This document shows, one piece after another, positions 56,402-64,000 of a stretch of 64,000 nucleotides of DNA. The translations under genes were made by a program, and so were the position numbers. The stretch lies in the NCBI GenBank assembly GCA_963823665.1, contig CAWGMQ010000008.1:1920001-1984000 (forward strand). The letters are read 5' to 3'. The DNA is from an uncultured Planctomycetota bacterium. GTDB lineage: Bacteria; Planctomycetota; Planctomycetia; Isosphaerales; Isosphaeraceae. The notes beneath the pieces were generated by a model. It was not told where the DNA came from and made no database searches. It saw only the letters and a list, made by a program, of their open reading frames with translations. Within the stretch, counting starts at the first letter, position 1; every line of letters begins with the position of its first letter.

Positions 56402-59400
56402 TAGTGCCCCGTCGAATCTAAATCTTGGGGTTGCCAAGAGCGTCGGTTTTGGAGAACTTCCGCAGTTACAAGGAGGTTCCCATGAACAAAAAGTATATTG
56501 TTCGGCTCACGGACGAGGAACGCGCAATCTGCGAAGTGACGGTCAAGAACGAGAAAGGTAAGTCGGAGAAACTGCGGAGAGCGGTGATCTTGCTCAAGGC
56601 GGACATGGACGGTCCGGGTTGGAATGACGAGAAGATCAGCGAGGCCGTGGGCTGTCGAATTCGGACCGTGGAGAACGTGCGTCGGGAGTTCGTTCTGGAA
56701 GGCTTCGAGGCCGCCCTGGTGCGCAAGAAACGGACGACGTCTCCCACTCCCAAGTTGCTGGACGGAGCCGCCGAGGCGAAACTGATCGCCCTGCGGTTGG
56801 GGAAGCCGCCAGTCGGCTATGGCCATTGGACGCTACGATTGCTCGCCGACCAACTGGTGGAACTGGAGATCGTGGAATCCATCAGTCCCGAAACGGTCCG
56901 GCAGACACTCAAAAAAACGGCGTGGTTCAAAAAGGGCCTTTTTCGGGTATCAGTACGAACCTTCGACGGGCCTTGACGGGCAAGGTTCTCGGTGGCTCGC
57001 CAGGGGACGACTACGTCATCCGCGGGCAAAGAGCGTGTAGCCGAGCATCTCTAGCCAGTGCGGGTGAGGCTGGCCAGTTAATAGCTCGGCGGGTGTCTTC
57101 CCCACACGCGCAGGGCGATGGCTGCGCTCCAACCGTCGATGGTTTAGGTAGAACTGCAGTAGGGCCAAGTAGTCCGAGCCCAAGTGTCAGCGGAGGAAAA
57201 AGTAGCTTCGGAGGCGACTATTGAGGTTCTCCACCAACGAACTAGCCCTGACCGTCTCTTCCGCCAGCGCGTTTACTGCAATCTGAACCACATGGAACCG
57301 GCCCTGCAGCTTTTCTCGCGCAACTGCTTCCTCAGCCCAGCGCCGTGGATCGCGCTCGTCGCGCGACAGCGTCTTGAGCAGGCGTCGTCCTAGTTCCGTG
57401 GGAATCTGCAACTCCTGCCCTAATTGCTCCAGATTCTCATCGAGCCGGCGTGCGAAGGCGAGTAGGTCATCGCGTTGATTTTGCAAAACGCGGCAGATGG
57501 GCTCCAGCCGATGGGGGCATTTCGAGGCGCGAGCCTTCAGCTCGGCCACCACAAAGTCGTACAGTTCGCAACGGTCGGTGTAAGACGGGCCGGCGACCGC
57601 GAAAATGTCGTGACGAAGCCAGCCGACCAACAATGTGACGTCCTCGGCCAGTGCCACCGCTTCATCACTGGCACTGCGGGCTCGACGCAGACGCTGCGCC
57701 GGGCCGGCCGTGCGCTGACTTGCCGCGCCGGCGCTTAGTCGGTCGCCGCAGACGCTCGCGCTTTCGATCGCATTGTTCGGTGGTCTCGAAAGTGTCGTAC
57801 GCGCGGTTCTCCAGGAAGCTGGCCACGACATTCAGGTCGCGGACCATATGGAAAATATCACCTCGGCAGGGGACATTCGGGAGAGCCAGAGCTTGGCCGG
57901 CGCGGAGCCTGCTACCCGCGTCGGCCACGGTTGCTTCGGGATTGAAGCCCTGATCGACTAATTCGAGCAGGCGGACGCCCCAGGTGTCGGCATCGCGATG
58001 TTCTTCCGGGCTAAGCAAGTAGCAATAGGTGGACGCGGGGTCGATGCCCACGAGCACTGGGTCGCCAGCCTGGAAGATCTCATCGTGGGCACCGATGCGC
58101 ACGCCGCCAAGATGGTAACCGCGGCTGATCGCTCGAGCCGCCTCAACTGCGCTGCGCACGATATTGTGCACCGTGCCCAGTGAGTTATGCCAGTTAAAGA
58201 GGTCGCGAAAGAGCTCGACGACAGCCCGATATGGGGCATGGCCAACCAACACCAGTGCAAGGACCAATTGACGCAACCACGCCTTGGTGACGGGGAGGTA
58301 AAAGAGAACATCCTCGTCCTTCGGTTCAGGTTTGAAGGCATGGGTCAGCGCCGCGCGGGCAGTGTCGGCCTGCTGATAGAGGAAATTGCGGCTAACCTCA
58401 TGCTGTTGGGCCAACTCCGCGACCGGTTGAGCCCCGGCGAGCACTTGTACAGCCAGCTCCTGCCGTTCCTGGGGCAGCAAACCTCTGGGCGGGCCAGAAA
58501 GGCGGGCTGGGCAGTTCCGCAGCCGGGCCGACATCGGATTGCGGGAATGAGCACGAGAACGTAGCTTGGGCGTCCATGCCTGTTTCCTTTGTGATGGTGT
58601 GGGTTTGATACTCCCGACGCCAACATGGAGGAAACAGGCATTTTAGAAAACCCCACCTTACTCAGCCTTGTGTTACCTCACTCTGAACCAGGCCAAAAAG
58701 TGGCATGACCAAGCGAAAGATCGAGTATTGGGTGATCCCTCCCGATGCAAACGGCGAGTTCGTCGCGCACATGGAGGAGGTGCTGGAGACCTACGAAAAA
58801 GCCCACGATCCCGACTGCCCGGTGGTATGCATGGACGAGCAGCCCGTGCAACTGATTGGCGAGACGCGCGTGCCGATTCCCGCGACCAAAGAGCACCCCA
58901 AGCGCGTCGACTACGAATACGAACGCAAGGGGACGGCAAGCATCTTCATGTTCGCCGAACCGCTGTCAGGCTTCCGGCAAGCGACGGCGCGACCGCACCG
59001 CACCAAAGACGATTGGGCTCACGAAGTCGCCCAATTACTCGACACTCGGTACGCGAATACGCCGCGAATCACGCTGGTCTGCGACAACCTGAACACGTAT
59101 ACGAAAGGGGCGTTCTACGAAGCGTTCCCTCCCGAGAAAGCCCGCGAGTACGTGCGACGGATCAACTTCGTCTACACCCCCAAGCACGGCAGTTGGCTCA
59201 ACGTGGCGGAATGCGAACTGAGTTGCATGGCCAGCCAATGCCTGTCCGACCGCCGTATCGGCGACATCGTGACGCTGCAATCGGAAATAGCCGCCTGGGC
59301 CGCTCGAACAAACATCAAGCAACGGGCCGTCGACTGGCAATTTACTATCGAGAAGGCACGCATCAAACTGAAGCGGCTTTACCCGAAAATTTAGATTGGA

Positions 59401-59410
59401 CGAGGCACTA
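56402..59410 (+). mobile_element. IS630-family element (HTH ORF 56482-56918, DDE ORF 58705-59394) interrupted by another IS
   Basis: TA-flanked inverted repeats TAGTGCCCCGTCGAATCTAAAT and ATTTAGATTGGACGAGGCACTA; VCMDE, DNLNT and TPKHGSWLNVAE motifs. Confidence 0.9.
56919..58694 (-). mobile_element. Unclassified IS with Mutator/IS256/ISL3-like DDE transposase (pseudogene at 57016-58577)
   Basis: Ends GGCGTGGTTCA and TGAACCAGGCC; motifs HDEIF, VADAG, CRGDIFH and SSLVENLNSRLR; IS630 sequence is continuous on both sides. Confidence 0.75.
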
Positions 59411-59444
59411 GGCTGGTGGGAATAAGAAGGTTTCTATCGAGGGT

Positions 59445-59720
59445 TATACATCGTCCGACTCACAGATTACGAGCGAGACGAGCTTCTCGACGACGTCAAG
59501 AAACTGAAGAAAAGCAGTGAAGATAATAGTGCGTCTGGCTCTGATCTTGGCCGAGGCAGACGTCGACGGAGCCGAACTGGCTGGATCGGCAATTAGCCGA
59601 TGCTGTTTCTTTTAGCTTGCGGACGGTGAAAACGCGCGACGGCGTTTTGTTGAGCACGGCTTCGAAAAGATGCCGAACAGAGCCAAGCGTGCAACCGTTG
59701 ACCGGGAGTTTCTCGGCGGA
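59445..59720 (+). pseudogene. Degraded IS630 HTH ORF remnant
   Basis: YIVRLTDYERDEL..., ADVDGANW, RTVK; similar to the ORF at 56482. Confidence 0.6.
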
Positions 59721-60348
59721 GACCAAACTGAAATGGTTCTGCGTGAAACGGAGTTTCTCGGCACCGGAGAAGCACCAGGAGCGAAGGATTGCCGCGCTTC
59801 AGGACAAGCTTCAGCGCAAGAACGAGGTCGTGGCCGAGTTGTTGGAGGAGCACGTGAAGCTAAAAAAAGTACTTGGGAAACTCTGACTGGAGCCTGGCTT
59901 CCCCATGACATTCGCGACCAGGTCGTCGACTACGTTCGCTATTGGTCAGACCGGACGGAGACCCCGACCAAGCAGCTCGTCCAATGGATCGGCCTCAGCC
60001 AGAGCAAGTTCTATGACTGGCGGAAGCGCTACGGCAAAGCGAACGAGCATAACGGCTGGATTCCCCGCGATTGGTGGCTCGAAGACTGGGAAAAGCAGGC
60101 CATCGCTGAGTTTCACGACCAAAACCCGCTTGAGGGTTACCGGCGTCTCACCTTCATGATGCTCGATGCCGATGTGGTGGCAGCTAGCCCCTCGAGCGCC
60201 TACCGAGTACTCAGCGACGCTGGACTGATGAAGCGGCATAACACCAAAGCGTCCCTCAAAGGAACCGGCTTTCAGCAACCACTCGGTCCGCACGAGCACT
60301 GGCACGTCAACATTGCCTACATCAATGTTCGGGGGACTTTCTTCTTTC

Positions 60349-61902
60349 GCCTCCTCAGCAGAATCTGTGGGTAAATTCTGGCTCAGGCAGGGCGCCAAGG
60401 CTGTGATACAAGGCGTTTTTCACTGCATCGAACGTCCGAAAACCGTACGCCTTTCTCGTCGTCAATTTCACCTTGTTGTTCAGGCCCTCTGCAATGCCTG
60501 CGGAAATCGTCCCACGGGCCTTGAACCAATTCAGGATCAATTCTTCATGGCTGCGAAGCCTTCGAGCCACTTTCTTCATTGGCTCGATCTTTGATCGCAT
60601 CGTCCTGGTGCACCACTCGTGCAGAAATCGACTCGCCCAGCCGTGATATTGGTAAGTCCAGAAACGCTGAAAATCCTCCCGCAAAAGATAGCTTCTCACG
60701 GACTTTAGGTTGTACTGCACCAGTTCGGCCAATCTCACGGTCTGCTTCTTTGTTAGGTTCTCCGGCCGCTTCAGCAGGCACCATCGCGCCCGTTTCAGGA
60801 CTGGCTCGTAGCCATCTCGCTTCAGCCGGCGCGCTTCCTCGGCACGTACTTCGTCGATCGCCTTATTCATCGCTTGCATGATGTGAAAGCGGTCGAGCAC
60901 GTGGATCGCGCCAGAAACCTCTTGGGCCAGCACGTTGAGGTACGGTTTCCACATATCGCTGCATAGATAGCGGATCGAGTTCTTGGTCTCGTCGGTTATG
61001 GTTTGGAAAAAGCCACGCAGGCTTTCCTCCGTCCGGTCCAACCCAATCCAGAGCAACCGCCTGAACCCAGCGTCAATCTGGTAAACCAGCGTCAGGTAAT
61101 GATGGCCCCTTTGCCACTGCACTTCGTCTACAGCGATGGCCTTGATTCCGGTCATCGTCCGTCTCGCCAAGCCCCATGCGACTGCATACTCGACCGAGCG
61201 GTACACAGTTTCCCAGGTAGTATGGAATATCAAGGCGACTTCCAGCCACGAGAGCCGCTTGGCCCAACCGGCTAGAAACCATCGGTAGGCCGTAGTCACC
61301 GGGCTCTTGCCGTCACTCCACGGGACCTCTTCGACGATCACACCGCACTTCGGGCAGTCAACGCGCCTCATTGCGTAGACAAAGAACACAGCGATCTGCC
61401 AGAGCGGCACGAACTCGAACCTTCGTACAGGTAGTTGATCATACCCGGCTCGCTTACGGTGGCACCCGGAGCAAACAGCTCGGCTGTTGCGGCGGGCTTC
61501 AATTTCTACCTCCAAGGCAAGTTGCTTTCCTTTCGAGACCAAACTTACCTTGCCGTACACGAAGGACTTTTGCGGTGCAATGCGATTGAGGATAGTCTTG
61601 AGGAGCATCGTGTGGGGCCTCTCGATTGGGATGGTCTTGGTAACCCTTCCCTAACCGACGGCCGCGCACGATGCACTACCCTACCTTCTTCAAAAAAACC
61701 TTTCTCAAGAACGAGTCCGCGAAGAGCTATTTAAAACTGAACCATCAAATGTGAACTTCGCCTACCCCTCCCGCCTTCACCTTCGCTTCGCCCTCAACCT
61801 AGCAGGGCGGACCGAATGTGAAGGTGGGAGGGAGAACCCTCCTGTCGAGCCCGAGCCGAGCTGCTGCATCGTTTTTCAACCCACAAATTCTGCCGAAGAC
61901 CC
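60349..61902 (-). mobile_element. ISL3-family element, copy 2
   Basis: Same ends and length (1554 bp) as copy 1; perfect 8-bp duplication CTTCTTTC at 60341-60348 and 61903-61910. Confidence 0.95.
60355..61608 (-). CDS. ISL3-family transposase
   Basis: Protein identical to 25043-26296. Confidence 0.95.
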   Translation of the reverse strand: MLLKTILNRIAPQKSFVYGKVSLVSKGKQLALEVEIEARRNSRAVCSGCHRKRAGYDQLPVRRFEFVPLWQIAVFFVYAMRRVDCPKCGVIVEEVPWSDGKSPVTTAYRWFLAGWAKRLSWLEVALIFHTTWETVYRSVEYAVAWGLARRTMTGIKAIAVDEVQWQRGHHYLTLVYQIDAGFRRLLWIGLDRTEESLRGFFQTITDETKNSIRYLCSDMWKPYLNVLAQEVSGAIHVLDRFHIMQAMNKAIDEVRAEEARRLKRDGYEPVLKRARWCLLKRPENLTKKQTVRLAELVQYNLKSVRSYLLREDFQRFWTYQYHGWASRFLHEWCTRTMRSKIEPMKKVARRLRSHEELILNWFKARGTISAGIAEGLNNKVKLTTRKAYGFRTFDAVKNALYHSLGALPEPEFTHRFC

Positions 61903-62467
61903 CTTCTTTCTTTGCAGCTTGCTCGATGGTTACAGCCGATCGATCGTGCACTGGGAAATCCGCCCGAAAATGGAAGAAAGCGCCGTCGAGACGATCTTCC
62001 AGAGAGCACGTGAGTGCTATCCGGGTGTCTCTCCCCGGATCATCAGTGACAATGGTCCACAGTTCATTGCTCGAGAATTCAATGATATAAGTTACATATG
62101 TTGTATTATACATGTTCCAACTTCGCCTTACTATCTCCAAAGCAATGGCAAGATCGAGCGATGGCATCGTTCGATCAAATCGGAGTGCATCCGTCCTCGC
62201 ACACCACTTTCAGTGGACGATGCCGTTCGCCTAATTGACGGCTATTTCCGGCACTACAATGAGGCGCGGCTCCACCGTGCGATCGACTATGTAACTCCGG
62301 TGGACAAGATGTGCGGTCGCGACAAGCAGATCTTCGCTGACCGAGATCGTAAGCTCGACGAAGCAAGGAGCCGCCGGCAGGCGGTTTGTGTCCAGCAGCG
62401 TCAAGCTGGTTGACGTGATTTGGGAGCAGTTGTTAATGCCAGCGCGTGGACTTACGATGGCCAGTGG

Positions 62468-62583
62468 CCCGGGGCGGAGGATAGGGCTCCGTGGCGACAT
62501 GACCTGAGCGCCGTCCCAGGGACCAAGACCGAGGAAGGGCGGCAGGAAGCCGCCCCGCATTCCACCTACGGGATTGGTACCAA
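62468..62583 (+). ncRNA. Candidate structured RNA in the IS3 3' non-coding region (copy B)
   Basis: Conserved blocks and covariation relative to 27468-27605. Confidence 0.55.
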
Positions 62584-62669
62584 AGCGCTAAATCGCTCTT
62601 GCTCGCTTTTTTCTCAACCACTACCTAACGCCGCAAACCGGAAACTCCATTTCACGCTGAACCATTACA

Positions 62670-62939
62670 TGGTTTGGAGAGCTGCGGCACGAGGGTAAAG
62701 TCGTACGTGTCGAAGTCCCGCAAGAGCGGGAACTTTGCATTCCTGATCCGTGTCGCGATCGCATCGGCAGCCCGCGTCGCCAGCTCGGTCTCAGTCAGAC
62801 CGAGCAGGAACTGGAAGAAGCTCTGATTGTTCGCGGTCGCATCCCGTGCCAGCCTCTCGAACTCACGGCCCATCGTCGGCAGCCGCAACTGCCGGAAATG
62901 CGCCTGGAGCAAGTCGATCACTGCATCCGCCATCGGCAT
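62670..62939 (-). pseudogene. istB: IS21 helper ATPase IstB N-terminus, truncated by IS3
   Basis: HFRQLRLPTM..FERLARDA..FLLGLTETE..RIRNAKFP...YDF. Confidence 0.85.
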
Positions 62940-63013
62940 GGTCTATCCCAAGGAAATGTCGAAGAACGGTTCGAACTCGCCAATCGAGTCCGAGACGCAT
63001 CGGGAACACTCCG

Positions 63014-64000
63014 TCAGGTGAAAAACATGGTGACCCGTCTCTCAGCAGAAGCCTCGGCGGCCACGACAACTCCTGGGTCATCGGGTTTTCCGTAGTACGC
63101 CGAACCATCGAGGAGTTGATTGAAACAGCTCAATTCAGGGAGTGGCACTTGAATTTGTGGTGCCGTAGTCAGCTCAGTCGTCCACGGTGGCGAACGACGC
63201 GGCTGTGCTTCATGAACTGCCTGAGTGAGCGTTTGCTGAATCACAGATTCGGCGCTGATCAGTTGGCGCATCCGCAAGTCTCAATCGCCTGACGTATGCG
63301 GGTAATAGGGTGGTCGACCAGAAGCTGCAGCACTCGCACGTAGCGTCGTGCGCCAGCTATGGCGCCATGATTATTCCTCAAGCTCCGCGCGGTACGCGGC
63401 GAAGCATCCTGGGAGCTTCCATTCCCGGTACACCGGAGCATCCTCAAGGGCCCCCGGTTTGCGGTCCAGAGTCGCAAGATAGTGCAATGGGTCATGGACC
63501 ATTGTGTGCGGCTGTAAACAGCGCGTGTGCGTGGCGATGACTTGACCGCCGGACACAAACACGACGCGGTCCACATAGCCCTTGATGGTCACCATCTGGA
63601 AGGCGGAGCGTCTGGGAACGCCGTAACGATTACGCTCGAACGCGATGGTTTGATATTTATCCAGAGGGGCGGCGGGGAGGATCACACACGGATCGAACCG
63701 GTGTTTCGGAAGCGGGGCCACCGAGGCTTCTTCCTCAGAGAAGCGAGCGCCGATCACAAACAGACCAAACATCGACCGAACAGTCCGCTCCCGTTCGGCC
63801 TCACAGCGCTGATGAAAGTACCGGTTCAATTCGTCGAGGTCGTTTACGCGCGGGACCGGAGTCGAGAACCGACGTTGCACAGCCCGTACGGTGCGCTCGG
63901 CGTCGGGCTTCTCATTACCCCAAGCGGGCATGCAGAAGAGAGGCTTGAAAGCGTAGCGGCTGGCCAGCGCCGCATATCGAGGATGAAGCTTGCGTTCGCG
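63014..64000 (-). pseudogene. istA: IS21 transposase IstA, C-terminal part, disrupted (partial)
   Basis: FCMPAWGNEK..AE, DLDELN, NRYGVP, HYLATLDRKPGAL; lies upstream of istB. Confidence 0.85.

Larger units (their letters stand above)
59760..62669 (+). mobile_element. IS3-family element, copy B (left end lost, interrupted by ISL3)
   Basis: OrfA tail KNEVVAELLEEHVKLKK; A7G at about 59862; OrfB resumes after ISL3 to 62413; right end ATTTCACGCTGAACCATTACA. Confidence 0.85.

Overview
GC-rich bacterial DNA, almost certainly from a planctomycete (probably Isosphaeraceae-like). Evidence: a LEPRxLL-signal giant protein, two ECF sigma/Ser-Thr kinase pairs, hpnCDE and a PEP-CTERM protein. The window has four parts. 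(1) 1-12.5 kb: secreted repeat protein, ECF+kinase pair, an orphan tRNA-Pro 3' fragment (probable att site), and small accessory genes (VOC, DoxX, ECF41-like sigma, epimerase, DHFR-like, SRPBCC, ArsR, response regulator). (2) 12.5-33 kb: decayed mobile region with duplicated integrase stubs around a RelE/Phd toxin-antitoxin pair, IS1634, IS4, ISL3, IS3 and IS1182 elements, and a lower-GC defence-like cluster (hypothetical + TIGR02391 + kinase; restriction endonuclease + TOPRIM-like). (3) 33-56.3 kb: mostly core genes (second ECF+kinase, Tat oxidoreductase, SWIM-SNF2 helicase, hpnCDE, ribBA, redoxin, rplU, nrdJ). (4) 56.4-64 kb: nested IS630, an unclassified IS, IS3, ISL3 and IS21. The most notable observation is a covariation-supported structured element conserved in the long 3' non-coding ends of two divergent IS3 elements. 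Many genes carry single-base frameshifts, and some may be sequencing errors. All family assignments are from motif recognition by eye; no database searches were run.
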